Source of the DNA: an uncultured Bacilli bacterium
GTDB taxonomy: Bacteria; Bacillota_I; Bacilli_A; RFN20; CAG-288
Direction: 5' to 3'
Assembly: GCA_944349335.1 (NCBI GenBank)
Contig: CALVMW010000001.1
Location: forward strand, 615,671 to 679,670
Length of the DNA: 64,000 nt
The position numbers and the translations under genes were made by a program. Shown piece by piece: positions 48,800 to 58,964 of this stretch (its first letter is position 1; the number at the start of each line of letters is the position of its first letter). The notes beneath the pieces are model-generated. The model worked only from the letters and a program-made list of their open reading frames with translations, searched no databases and was not told where the DNA came from.

Positions 48800-51175
48800 A
48801 TGATATCAAGACTTACAAATCCATTTTCTGTCAATAATGTCGTTACAAAAATAGTTAAAAGAGATGGTCGCGTCGTTACTTTTGATAGTACCAAAATTCT
48901 TTTAGCTATTGCTAATGCTGCAAGAGCAACAAAAGAAACTTTACCTTTAGGCCCTTTAACAGATGAAGTCGTCTCCATTATTAATAGAAATTTTAACGAT
49001 AATACTCAAAAAGCGACAGTTGAGGATTGTCAAGATATCGTCGAAGATGTTCTTATAGAACATAATTATGCTAAAACAGCAAAAGAATACATCCTTTATC
49101 GTGCTAATAGATCCCGCATAAGAGAAGCGAAAACTGATCTTATGTCGACTATTGATGGTATCGCCACTCAGGATGCAAGTGAAAATAATAATAAGAGAGA
49201 AAATGCTAATATCGATAGCAATACAGCTATGGGTACCATGCTTAAATTTGGATCAGAAACCGCAAAAACTTATTATTTAGAAAAGATGATTGATCCTAAG
49301 ATTGCTTTTGCTCATAAAAATGGTGATATCCATATTCATGATCTCGATTTCTATTCTTTAACTTTAACTTGTTGTCAAATTGATTGTTTAAAATTATTCC
49401 AAAAAGGTTTTTCTACTGGTCATGGTTTCATCAGAGAACCTAATTCCATTCGCACTTATGCTTCTTTAGCCTGCATTGCTATTCAGGCTGATCAAAATGA
49501 TATGCATGGTGGTCAATCTATACCTAACTTTGATTTCTCTATGGCACCTGGTGTTATTAAATCATTTAATAAAGCTTTCCGTAATAACTGTATTAAAATT
49601 GCTGAATATGAAACTAATACGGATGACTATGAAGAAGAACTCAAAAATCTTTTCAAAGATCTTTTAGCACAAAATAAAGAGCCGCGTTATAAGAACGAAG
49701 AAAGAATCAATGCTACTTTTGAAACCTTAAAAGAACAAATCCCTGAGATTGATTGGGAAAAGAATAGAAGAAATATTATCGAGTTTTCTTATAAAGAGAT
49801 TGAAAACGAAACCTATCAAGCGATGGAAGCTTTAATCCATAACCTTAATACCATGCATTCTCGTGCTGGTGCTCAAGTCCCCTTCTCTTCCTTAAATTAT
49901 GGAACCGATACTTCTGAAGAAGGTAGATTGGTTATTAAGATGCTCTTAAAAGCGACAGAAGCTGGATTAGGAGATGGTGAAACTCCAATCTTCCCTATCC
50001 AAATCTTCAAAGTAAAAGAAGGCATCAATTATAATCCTGGCGATCCTAATTATGACCTTTTTAGAGAAGCTATTGTCTGCTCTGGAAAAAGATTATTCCC
50101 TAACTTCTCTTTCTTAGATGCACCTTATAATCTTAAATATTACAAAAAAGGTGATTATAACAGCGAAGTTGCTTATATGGGTTGCCGCACTCGTGTCATG
50201 GCAAATGTCTATGATCCAACTAACGAAGTTACTTGTGGACGCGGTAATCTCTCCTTCACTTCAGTTAATTTACCTCGTTTAGGTATCGATTCTCATGGTG
50301 ACTTAGATCTTTTCTTCAAAAAATTGAATGATATCTCTGATTTAATTATCAAACAATTATTAGATAGACTTGAAATTCAAAGACATCGTCACGTTAAAAA
50401 TATGCCTTTCCTTATGGGACAAGGTATTTGGTTAGGTTCTGATAAATTAAGTTGGGACGATGAAATTGACTCTGTTATTCGTCATGGTTCTTTAACTATG
50501 GGCTTCATCGGCTTAGCTGAATGTCTAGTTGCCCTTATCGGTAAACATCACGGTGAAAGTGAAGCCGCTCAAGATTTAGGTTTAAAAATTGTCAAAACAA
50601 TGCGTGATAAGATGGATGAAGCTTGCGAAAAATATAAACTTAATTTTGCTTTAATCGCTACTCCAGCTGAAGGATTATCAGGTCGTTTTATCAATATTGA
50701 TAAACAGCGCTATGGTGTTATTAAAGGCATTACTGATAGAGAATACTACACAAACTCATTCCATGTTCCTGTCTACTATCCTATCAGTATGTTTAAAAAG
50801 ATTGATATTGAAGCTCCTTACCATAACTTTACAAATGGTGGCCATATTACTTATATTGAAGTTGATGGTGATGTTGCTAAGAATCCCGATGCATTTGAAA
50901 AAATTGTCCGCCATATGAAAGAAAGAGGCATCGGTTATGGTGCTATTAATCATCCTATCGATCGTGATCCTGCCTGCGGATATAATGGTATCATTAATGA
51001 TGTTTGCCCTAAATGTGGAAGACATGAATTTGATCAAGGCGTAGGATTTGAAAGAATAAGAAGAATAACTGGTTATCTTGTCGGTACACTCGATAGATTT
51101 AATGACGCTAAAAAAGCTGAGGTTCATGATCGTGTTAAACACAATCGTTATTCTGACGCTTCTGAATTAAAATAA
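48800..51175 (+). CDS. nrdD: Anaerobic ribonucleoside-triphosphate reductase
   Basis: N-terminal ATP-cone (VVKRDGRVVTFDSTKI), C-terminal Zn ribbon (CPKCGRHEF) and glycyl-radical motif RITGYLVG. 791 aa. Confidence 0.95.
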   Translation: MISRLTNPFSVNNVVTKIVKRDGRVVTFDSTKILLAIANAARATKETLPLGPLTDEVVSIINRNFNDNTQKATVEDCQDIVEDVLIEHNYAKTAKEYILYRANRSRIREAKTDLMSTIDGIATQDASENNNKRENANIDSNTAMGTMLKFGSETAKTYYLEKMIDPKIAFAHKNGDIHIHDLDFYSLTLTCCQIDCLKLFQKGFSTGHGFIREPNSIRTYASLACIAIQADQNDMHGGQSIPNFDFSMAPGVIKSFNKAFRNNCIKIAEYETNTDDYEEELKNLFKDLLAQNKEPRYKNEERINATFETLKEQIPEIDWEKNRRNIIEFSYKEIENETYQAMEALIHNLNTMHSRAGAQVPFSSLNYGTDTSEEGRLVIKMLLKATEAGLGDGETPIFPIQIFKVKEGINYNPGDPNYDLFREAIVCSGKRLFPNFSFLDAPYNLKYYKKGDYNSEVAYMGCRTRVMANVYDPTNEVTCGRGNLSFTSVNLPRLGIDSHGDLDLFFKKLNDISDLIIKQLLDRLEIQRHRHVKNMPFLMGQGIWLGSDKLSWDDEIDSVIRHGSLTMGFIGLAECLVALIGKHHGESEAAQDLGLKIVKTMRDKMDEACEKYKLNFALIATPAEGLSGRFINIDKQRYGVIKGITDREYYTNSFHVPVYYPISMFKKIDIEAPYHNFTNGGHITYIEVDGDVAKNPDAFEKIVRHMKERGIGYGAINHPIDRDPACGYNGIINDVCPKCGRHEFDQGVGFERIRRITGYLVGTLDRFNDAKKAEVHDRVKHNRYSDASELK

Positions 51176-51197
51176 AGCACCTTATTGGTGCTTTTTT
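51176..51197 (+). terminator. Hairpin + T-tract between nrdD and nrdG (intrinsic terminator/attenuator)
   Basis: AGCACC-TTATT-GGTGCT followed by TTTTTT. The nrdG ATG follows 4 nt later with no SD. Confidence 0.6.
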
Positions 51198-51201
51198 AAA
51201 T

Positions 51202-51750
51202 ATGAAACTAGCAGGATTTACTGAAGAATCAATCGTTGATGGACCTGGAGTAAGAATCGTCTTTTTTTTCCAAGGTTGTGTTCATCACTGCCCATTTTGT
51301 CAAAACCCTACTACTTGGAGTTTTGATAATGGGACAGAAATATCACTTGAGCAAATTGAAAAACTTTTAGATAAAAAATATAAAGAAACTTCTGGTGTTA
51401 CTTTATCAGGAGGTGATCCTTTTTGTAATTTAAAAGATGCTATTAGTCTTGCAAAACTCATTAAAGAAAAATATCACATTAATCTGATTGCATTTACTGG
51501 ATATACTTTAGAAGAGATATTAATATTGAGTGAAAAAAATAAAGATTATCTAACTTTATTATCATATTTAGATACATTAATTGATGGACGTTTTATTATG
51601 GCATTAAGATCAATAGATATAAATACGCGCGGTTCAAGAAATCAAAGATGTATCGATATGAAAAAGACAATTGAAAATAATTATCAGATTGTCCTCGCTT
51701 CTGAAATGATGGATATGTCTTTTTATAATAATAAATATGAGTCATTTTAA
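51202..51750 (+). CDS. nrdG: Anaerobic ribonucleotide reductase activating protein (radical SAM)
   Basis: SIVDGPGVRIVFFFQGCVHHCPFCQNP. 182 aa. Confidence 0.9.
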   Translation: MKLAGFTEESIVDGPGVRIVFFFQGCVHHCPFCQNPTTWSFDNGTEISLEQIEKLLDKKYKETSGVTLSGGDPFCNLKDAISLAKLIKEKYHINLIAFTGYTLEEILILSEKNKDYLTLLSYLDTLIDGRFIMALRSIDINTRGSRNQRCIDMKKTIENNYQIVLASEMMDMSFYNNKYESF

Positions 51751-51752
51751 TT

Positions 51753-53270
51753 ATGGATAAAATAATTGTTTTAGATTTTGGTGGTCAATATAACCAACTT
51801 ATCGCAAGAAGAATCAGAGAACTTCATGTATACTCAGAAGTATTACCTTTTAATACTGATTTAGAAAAACTCAAAGATAAAAATGTTAAAGGTATTATTT
51901 TAACAGGTGGCCCCAATTCAGTTTACTTACCATCTTCTCCAAAAATAGATAAAATGATTTTTGATATAAACAAGCCTCTTTTAGGTATATGTTATGGTGC
52001 TCAATTACTGGCTTATCTATCAAGCGGAAAAGTAAAACAGGGTGCTGTCGGTGAATATGGTTCAGCTATTATAACAACGAGTAAAAGTAATCTATTATCA
52101 ACAATGTTAGATAAAGAAGAAGTATTCATGTCTCATAGAGATTGCATCTATTCATTACCTGAAGATTTTATTATTACTTCTTCAACAAAAGATTGTCCGA
52201 TCGCAAGCTATGAAAATATCAAAAAAAATATTTATGGTACTCAATTTCATCCTGAAGTTAAACATACAAAACATGGAAATAAAATATTTAAAAATTTCCT
52301 CTTTAATATTTGTCATTGTAAAAAAGAATGGAAGTATGATACCTTTATTGAAAATAAAATAGAAGAGATTAAGGAAAAAGTTCAAAATAAAAAAGTATTA
52401 TTAGGATTATCTGGAGGAGTTGATTCTTCTGTCACCGCTGCATTATTATCTAAAGCAATCGGTAAAAATCTTTATTGTGTTTTCATTGATCACGGACTAA
52501 TGAGAAAAGATGAAGGCAAAGAAATAGAAGAAACGTTTAAAAAATATGATTTAAATTTTATTTCAATTGATGCTTCATCCTTATTTTATGACAAATTAAA
52601 AGGTATTATAGATCCCGAAATGAAAAGAAAGATAATAGAATCTACTTTTCTTGAAGTGTTTGAAAAAGAAGCTAAAAAATTAGGCGAGATTGATTATTTT
52701 GCTCAAGGGACAATTTATCCTGATAGAATTGAATCAGGATTAGGTATTTCTGCAAAAATCAAATCGCATCATAATGTAGGTGGTCTTCCTAGTAAAATAA
52801 ATTTCCAAGGAATTATTGAACCTTTAGATATGCTCTTTAAAGATGAGGTAAGAAAAGTTGGTATGAAATTAAATCTTCCTTCTTCTCTAATTAATAGACA
52901 ACCTTTCCCTGGACCAGGTTTAGGCATTCGTATCATTGGAGAAATAACTAAAGAAAAAGTAAAGATAGTTCAAGAAGCTGACTATATCTTTAGAAAAGAA
53001 TTAAAAAAGAATAATTATAAAGCTGATCAATACTTTGCCGCTCTAAGTTCTATGAAATCAGTAGGAGTAATGGGAGATAGTAGAACTTATGAGTATGCTT
53101 TAATATTAAGAGCAGTTCAAACTGATGATTTTATGACTGCTAAACCTACTCTACTTCCTCCAACATTTTTAGAACATATAAGCGATCTTCTTATAAATAA
53201 TGTTAAAGGAATCAACAGAGTATTTTATGACTATACTTCAAAACCTCCTGCAACAATTGAATTTGAATAA
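51753..53270 (+). CDS. guaA: GMP synthase (glutamine-hydrolysing)
   Basis: N-terminal GATase (GICYGAQ), ATP-PPase SGGVDSS, C-terminal dimerisation domain. 505 aa. Confidence 0.95.
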   Translation: MDKIIVLDFGGQYNQLIARRIRELHVYSEVLPFNTDLEKLKDKNVKGIILTGGPNSVYLPSSPKIDKMIFDINKPLLGICYGAQLLAYLSSGKVKQGAVGEYGSAIITTSKSNLLSTMLDKEEVFMSHRDCIYSLPEDFIITSSTKDCPIASYENIKKNIYGTQFHPEVKHTKHGNKIFKNFLFNICHCKKEWKYDTFIENKIEEIKEKVQNKKVLLGLSGGVDSSVTAALLSKAIGKNLYCVFIDHGLMRKDEGKEIEETFKKYDLNFISIDASSLFYDKLKGIIDPEMKRKIIESTFLEVFEKEAKKLGEIDYFAQGTIYPDRIESGLGISAKIKSHHNVGGLPSKINFQGIIEPLDMLFKDEVRKVGMKLNLPSSLINRQPFPGPGLGIRIIGEITKEKVKIVQEADYIFRKELKKNNYKADQYFAALSSMKSVGVMGDSRTYEYALILRAVQTDDFMTAKPTLLPPTFLEHISDLLINNVKGINRVFYDYTSKPPATIEFE

Positions 53271-53338
53271 AAATATAATCTATACCATTATTTTTAATTT
53301 TTATATAATCTTGTGAAATATATATTTTATAAATAAAA

Positions 53339-53872
53339 TCAATTTTTATTTGCATCAGTTACCAGAAAAGTAATAATTTGTTTACCTATTTTTATCATGG
53401 TTTCTGGCGATTCTTTAAATCTATTTAAAATCCATGCATTTAAAATTCCAAAAAGACCATATTTAAAAAATGAATTAGCATAATACTGATCCTGCTCATT
53501 TTCTTGATATACAAAAATAGCATCAAAAACTGAAAGTATTGTTTGTGATAAACCGGCATCAGACACTAATAAAATTATTTCTCTATTAACATAATTAAAA
53601 TTAAAAAAGGCTTCCATATTTTCAAGAGCAAAACCATTTATCATCCTAAGTTTTGCTTCTTTTGCCCACCTTTCCCAGCTAACTTTTAATTTAAATACAA
53701 TTAATTCTTCTTTATTTTTAATATGTCGAAAATAGGTTGCTCTACCTACACCTGATTTTTCTGTAATCTCATTAATTGTTATTTGATTAAATGCTTTTTC
53801 TTTCATCAAAGAAATTAATGAATCTGCCATACATTCTAATAAGAATTCTGTCGACTTGTTTTTATGTTTCAT
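53339..53872 (-). CDS. TetR/AcrR-family transcriptional regulator
   Basis: N-terminal HTH (ITINEITEKSGVGRATYFRHIKNKEEL). Preferred start is MKHKNK at 53872 (AAGGGGA RBS); the ORF track extends to 53935. Confidence 0.8.
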   Translation of the reverse strand: MKHKNKSTEFLLECMADSLISLMKEKAFNQITINEITEKSGVGRATYFRHIKNKEELIVFKLKVSWERWAKEAKLRMINGFALENMEAFFNFNYVNREIILLVSDAGLSQTILSVFDAIFVYQENEQDQYYANSFFKYGLFGILNAWILNRFKESPETMIKIGKQIITFLVTDANKN

Positions 53873-54011
53873 AGCTATCCCCTTAAGATACTTTTTATTC
53901 ATAAAAGTATCAATTATCTTTAGCAAAATTGACACTGCTTATATTCGTTGTTAAGATTATTTTTAAGATACAAAAGTATCATAAATAAGTCAAGAAGAAA
54001 GAGAGAGGACT

Positions 54012-54971
54012 ATGAGTTATAAAAAAATAGTTGTTGCTGGTGGTGGTGTTCTTGGAAGTCAAATCGCTTTTCAAAGCGCTTATTGTGGATTTGATGTAAC
54101 AATATGGCTTAGATCAAATAGTTCTATTGGCCGAACTCAACCAAAAATCGATAATCTAAAACAGATTTATCTAAATACTATCGACAAGATGAGTAAAGGT
54201 GAGGGTGTTTGGGCTACCGGTATTTCTGATGTCGAATCTTTTGATAAAGAAGCATGTATTGAGAAAGTTAACCATGCCTATTCTAATTTAAAATTAGAAT
54301 TAGATCTTAAAAAAGCTGTAGAAGATGCAGATTTAGTGATTGAATCTATGGCCGAAAATGAAAAAGATAAAATAGAATTCTATAAAAAACTCGCTCCTTA
54401 TCTTCCTGATAAAACTGTAATTGTTACTAACTCTTCTACATTACTTCCCTCAACTTTTGCAAAATATACCGGAAGACCAGATAAATATTTATCTCTTCAT
54501 TTTGCAAACTCTATCTGGCAAAACAATACTGCAGAAATTATGGCTCAAGAAAAAACTGATCCTCGTTATTTTGATGAAGTTATTGAATTTAGTAATGAGA
54601 TTAGAATGATAGCTTTACCTGTTCATAAAGAAAAGAATGGTTATCTTTTAAATTCTATGTTAGTTCCATTTTTATTAAGTGGCCTTGACCTTTATGTATC
54701 TGGTGTTTCAGATCCTCAAAGTATTGATATTGCTTGGACACACGGAACAGGTGCTCCAAAAGGTCCTTTCCAAATCATCGATACTGTTGGTCTTACAACT
54801 GCCTATAATATCGTTATGCAATATCAAAAAGTACCCGGTCTAATTTGTCCTCTCTTAAAGAAAATGATGATGCCTTATAATTTTAAAGAGATGGCTAAAG
54901 TATTAAAAAAATATATTGATGAAGGTAAATTAGGCATATCTTCTAAAGAAGGCTTCTATAAATATAAATAA
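54012..54971 (+). CDS. 3-hydroxyacyl-CoA dehydrogenase family NAD-binding protein
   Basis: Rossmann GGGVLGSQIA at the N-terminus, 3HCDH-like core (ESMAENEKDK...VTNSS...HFANS). Divergent from the TetR gene. Confidence 0.7.
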   Translation: MSYKKIVVAGGGVLGSQIAFQSAYCGFDVTIWLRSNSSIGRTQPKIDNLKQIYLNTIDKMSKGEGVWATGISDVESFDKEACIEKVNHAYSNLKLELDLKKAVEDADLVIESMAENEKDKIEFYKKLAPYLPDKTVIVTNSSTLLPSTFAKYTGRPDKYLSLHFANSIWQNNTAEIMAQEKTDPRYFDEVIEFSNEIRMIALPVHKEKNGYLLNSMLVPFLLSGLDLYVSGVSDPQSIDIAWTHGTGAPKGPFQIIDTVGLTTAYNIVMQYQKVPGLICPLLKKMMMPYNFKEMAKVLKKYIDEGKLGISSKEGFYKYK

Positions 54972-54977
54972 AAATAA

Positions 54978-55008
54978 ATATCTCCTTACTAAGTAAGGAG
55001 ATATTTTT
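54978..55008. terminator. Bidirectional terminator between the 3HCDH-like gene and the cassette-3 B-type ABC gene
   Basis: ATATCTCCTTACT-A-AGTAAGGAGATAT perfect 13-bp inverted repeat flanked by T/A runs. Confidence 0.8.
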
Positions 55009-55015
55009 ATAATGA

Positions 55016-56989
55016 CTATTTCTTATCAATCTTTTTGTTTTTTAAAATATAAAACAACAACAATATAATAGGTATAAGTGAGACAAATATACTGAATGAA
55101 AATGTTTGAAAAGCCACTGGAGCGACAACATCATTAAAATGTATATCCCCTAAACAAGATGAATAACTTCCATAAACATCATAAATAAAACTATAAAGTA
55201 AAGCATTTTCACTATTAATAAATAAAGGATAACTAATAATAGTAATAAGTAAAAGTAAAATAACTGGAATAAATATATAAAATGAAAGAATAAATCTTGT
55301 CATCCTATTTGTATATCCTAATCTTTTATAGAAAAACATTTCATCTTTAATATCTAATTTTCTCTTTTTATTAGAAATAGATAATACTATAACTGCTAAA
55401 ATAAATATTAAAACAGCACTTAAAACAAAAGCTAAACCATTTATAAATGTTTCTTCAAAATTATCAGGTATTATCCCTAAAACGACAAAATCGTTTTTTG
55501 CTAGTTCTATTGTTGTGTCCTTATTTTCTATAAAAATCAATCCTCTAGAATTGCTAACCACATAAGAAAGAGATAATAAATATAAATAAACATCATATCC
55601 GATCACGGGGTGATTTTCTGAAGTATCATCAGTAGTATTTATACTAGAGATTTCCTCATCATTTTTAATAATCGAAACACGTTCCCCTTTAGCTACATTA
55701 GGAATAGCAAAATAGCCTGTTTCAGGTGTTAAAATAACTTGAGTTTCATTTTCAGTATTAATATTAATTTGATTATTATGAATATTAAATATTGAATGTA
55801 AATTAAATTGCAAAACATTATTAACAACGCAATTAAATCCACCACTTTCAAGAATTGAATATAATGTGTTTTTTGTTATTGCATGTACACGATAATATTT
55901 ATCTCTTCGAGAAATATGAGGTAAATCAAGTGATATTTCAATATTTTTACCTGGCAAACTTAATATATCATTAAATAAAAAAGATGAGCCATCTTCATAA
56001 GCTGATGAATAAATAATACCATCCTTTAAATTCATTTTATCAGTAACTAAAAAAGAATCCCCCTGTACAATATTAACTAAAAATTGAGAATCATCGTCAT
56101 ACAATTCTTTAAAGTCATCATATGATTTATTATCCGTTGTTACTTCAAAATATGAATGAGGATCCACTTGAACACTATAAACATCTGGATCTCTTAATTC
56201 AGATGGTGAAATTCTTGTTATTCCAAACGAATAAAAAATAGAAAACATTATGGACATTATAAATAACAGAGCAAAATTAATTTTATGTTCCTTAATATTA
56301 TTAAAAAGAAGGTTAGAAGTTAATTTTTTATCATGTGCGTTTTTTATTGGTTTTTCATTTAATTCATATCCTATATTATTTATAACTATAGTTTCTTCTG
56401 GTAGATTAAGAATCTCTTCTACAGAAATAGTAATATTTTCATGAGAGACTAAAATAATTAAATGATTCTCTTTTTCTTTATCTAATATTTCTAAAATTTG
56501 TTCAATAGATTCTTCATCTAATCCATCTAATGGTTCATCTAAAACTAAAATTGGTTTATCACATAAAAGAGCATATATTAATTCTGATTTTCTCCTATTA
56601 CCATAGCTTAATTCATTTATTGGAGAAGTTGTACTAGAAACTTTTAATTTTTCAACTAAAAAAGAATATTTTTCAGTATCAAAATCAGGAAGTAAAATAT
56701 TTAAATTTTGAATGAGACTCTTTTTAGGTAATAATGATCTTCTATCACCTACATAAGAAATTTGACTAGCAAAATCAGGAATATTCTTTTCATTTACTTC
56801 TTCATTAAATAGTTTTACTGTTCCACTATCTGGTTTTAAATCACCAAAAATAATATTAATAAGAGAAGTTTTACCACATCCCGAAGGCCCTTTGATCCAT
56901 AATATACCACTATTTATTTTTAAATTTATATTTTTAAGAATTTTCCGTAATCCAAAATTGAGTGATATATTTTGTAATTCTAGTGTCAT
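55016..56989 (-). CDS. ABC transporter, fused ATP-binding / MacB(FtsX)-type permease, B-type paralog (657 aa)
   Basis: GPSGCGKTS, degenerate signature LSYGNRRKSELIYAL, ILVLDE. TM, large extracytoplasmic domain, then C-terminal TMs. ATGA overlap with the upstream gene. Confidence 0.85.
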   Translation of the reverse strand: MTLELQNISLNFGLRKILKNINLKINSGILWIKGPSGCGKTSLINIIFGDLKPDSGTVKLFNEEVNEKNIPDFASQISYVGDRRSLLPKKSLIQNLNILLPDFDTEKYSFLVEKLKVSSTTSPINELSYGNRRKSELIYALLCDKPILVLDEPLDGLDEESIEQILEILDKEKENHLIILVSHENITISVEEILNLPEETIVINNIGYELNEKPIKNAHDKKLTSNLLFNNIKEHKINFALLFIMSIMFSIFYSFGITRISPSELRDPDVYSVQVDPHSYFEVTTDNKSYDDFKELYDDDSQFLVNIVQGDSFLVTDKMNLKDGIIYSSAYEDGSSFLFNDILSLPGKNIEISLDLPHISRRDKYYRVHAITKNTLYSILESGGFNCVVNNVLQFNLHSIFNIHNNQININTENETQVILTPETGYFAIPNVAKGERVSIIKNDEEISSINTTDDTSENHPVIGYDVYLYLLSLSYVVSNSRGLIFIENKDTTIELAKNDFVVLGIIPDNFEETFINGLAFVLSAVLIFILAVIVLSISNKKRKLDIKDEMFFYKRLGYTNRMTRFILSFYIFIPVILLLLITIISYPLFINSENALLYSFIYDVYGSYSSCLGDIHFNDVVAPVAFQTFSFSIFVSLIPIILLLFYILKNKKIDKK

Positions 56990-58962
56990 TTTTCATTAAG
57001 TCTCTTTAATTTAGATGAAATATCTTTAGGTGATAAGTACAAAGCATAAATAAAATAGAATACTAAACAACTAAAAATAGGAATAATTATTGATAATGAT
57101 AAATAAAGAGGAGATAAATATAAAAGGAGAATCTTTGCACCAATCATATTATGTGAAAAGAAATTATTAAGACATACAAACGAAATAACCGAAATAATAA
57201 AACTTAAAATAGTTGGGATTAATGATGATAAAGAATAAACAAAAGTGCTACGCATAATCTGAACTTTTCTATCAACACTAATTACTCTCTCTAATAAAAT
57301 GCGTTTTCTTTCACTTAAGGCATAAGATAAAGGTATTAAAATTGCAGATACAGCTAAATATATTAAAATAATCAAAGGAATAAAGTTATACTGCACCATA
57401 TCATAAAGCACATAAAGATAATTTGTTCCATCAAAAGTTACTGCATAACTTAAATTATCGTTTTCATTTTCAGGTTTTATTAATTTAGATACTATATAAT
57501 CTAGATAATAAGAATCAAACATATCTTGGTTGATTATTTTTTCTGTTTCTTCAGTACGAAGAATCATTGTTTTATCATTATAATTTACTACATTAAATAC
57601 ATTATTCTCATTAACAAATGCAGTCTCTACTCCAAAACCAAATAATAATCTAGAATCATCATAAAAATAATCAGAAGATAATTTATCAAATGCTTTAATA
57701 AATCTTTCTTCCACCATACTTATTGGTTTATAAAAACCACATACATGGACATTAATTGGGCTATTAAACCATTTAAATTCATTAGACTCAAAGAACAACT
57801 CTTCTGCTTCAGAAAAAGAACTCAAATTATTCTGCTGCTGAAAAGTATTAATACAATATTCATATGATTTATATGAAACTAAAACATCATTTTCATTTAT
57901 AGGATATGTTCCTAATGTTTTTCCATCTTTTGTTTCTAACTGAATAATACCATTTTCATAACCACCAACAGGATAAGCAAAACCAAAAGCTGAACCTCCT
58001 ATACTTCCTTCAGAACGATTAGTAAAGGAAATTGTTCCCTCTGTTGCTGGGTGTTGAGAAAAAACAAACTGTGTTTCAGTTGGGAAATTATTAGAATATT
58101 CATTTGACACAACATAACCGCTAGCATTCTTCATATAAGCAGTTAAACCTATTTCAGTTAAATGCTCATTTGAATAATCAAATAAAAAGATTGATCCTAA
58201 TACCAATATAAAAACAGCCAAGAAGCAATTGACTGAATTTAAAATATAAGCAAATTTATGAGAAGAAAATTCATGTTTAATAGTTTCTAAATTGATTTTA
58301 GAAAAACTAACTGCTTTCGTTCTGTTAGTAGATATACCATTTTCACTAACTAAAATAAGATTTTTATTTTCAACCTTTAAGATTGTTCTTTCTGTTTCTT
58401 CTTTTATATGAGATGTATAAATAACTAAACTATTATTAGATAATTCATGCATTATCTCTAATATAATTTTTCTATTATTTTCATCGAGATTATGAATAGC
58501 TTCATCAAAAATAATTATTGCTGGATTTTTAAATATAGCTCGTGCAATCGATAACCTCTGTCTTTCACCTTGTGATAATATTTCAGCTTTAGAATCAGCT
58601 AACTCATCTAATTTTACTTTTTTTAAACATTCAATAGCTTTATTTCTATCTTTACTAGAATATGGATAAAGAACATTTTCTACCACCGTTATATCTTTAA
58701 GAATAATTGGTGTGTCCATAATAAAAGCAACATAATTTGATGTATAACTACTAGCATTCTTTTTATCTATTTTTTTATCATTATAAAGAACCTCGCCTTC
58801 ATAATCCAAATCAAGGCCGGCAATTATTCTTAATAATGTTGTTTTTCCACTTCCATTTTTTCCTTCAATCTGAAAAAGGCCTGTGTCAGGAAAAGTAAAA
58901 GAAATATTACTTAATACATTTAATTTTCCAAATGATTTTGAAAGATTCTTTATTTCTAGCAT
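56986..58962 (-). CDS. ABC transporter, fused ATP-binding / MacB(FtsX)-type permease, A-type paralog (about 658 aa)
   Basis: GKNGSGKTT, LSQGERQRLSIARAI, IIIFDE, DLDYEGEVLYND block. Likely ATG at 58962 (MLEIKNLS); the ORF-track TTG is at 58968. Confidence 0.85.
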   Translation of the reverse strand: MLEIKNLSKSFGKLNVLSNISFTFPDTGLFQIEGKNGSGKTTLLRIIAGLDLDYEGEVLYNDKKIDKKNASSYTSNYVAFIMDTPIILKDITVVENVLYPYSSKDRNKAIECLKKVKLDELADSKAEILSQGERQRLSIARAIFKNPAIIIFDEAIHNLDENNRKIILEIMHELSNNSLVIYTSHIKEETERTILKVENKNLILVSENGISTNRTKAVSFSKINLETIKHEFSSHKFAYILNSVNCFLAVFILVLGSIFLFDYSNEHLTEIGLTAYMKNASGYVVSNEYSNNFPTETQFVFSQHPATEGTISFTNRSEGSIGGSAFGFAYPVGGYENGIIQLETKDGKTLGTYPINENDVLVSYKSYEYCINTFQQQNNLSSFSEAEELFFESNEFKWFNSPINVHVCGFYKPISMVEERFIKAFDKLSSDYFYDDSRLLFGFGVETAFVNENNVFNVVNYNDKTMILRTEETEKIINQDMFDSYYLDYIVSKLIKPENENDNLSYAVTFDGTNYLYVLYDMVQYNFIPLIILIYLAVSAILIPLSYALSERKRILLERVISVDRKVQIMRSTFVYSLSSLIPTILSFIISVISFVCLNNFFSHNMIGAKILLLYLSPLYLSLSIIIPIFSCLVFYFIYALYLSPKDISSKLKRLNEK

Positions 58963-58964
58963 AA

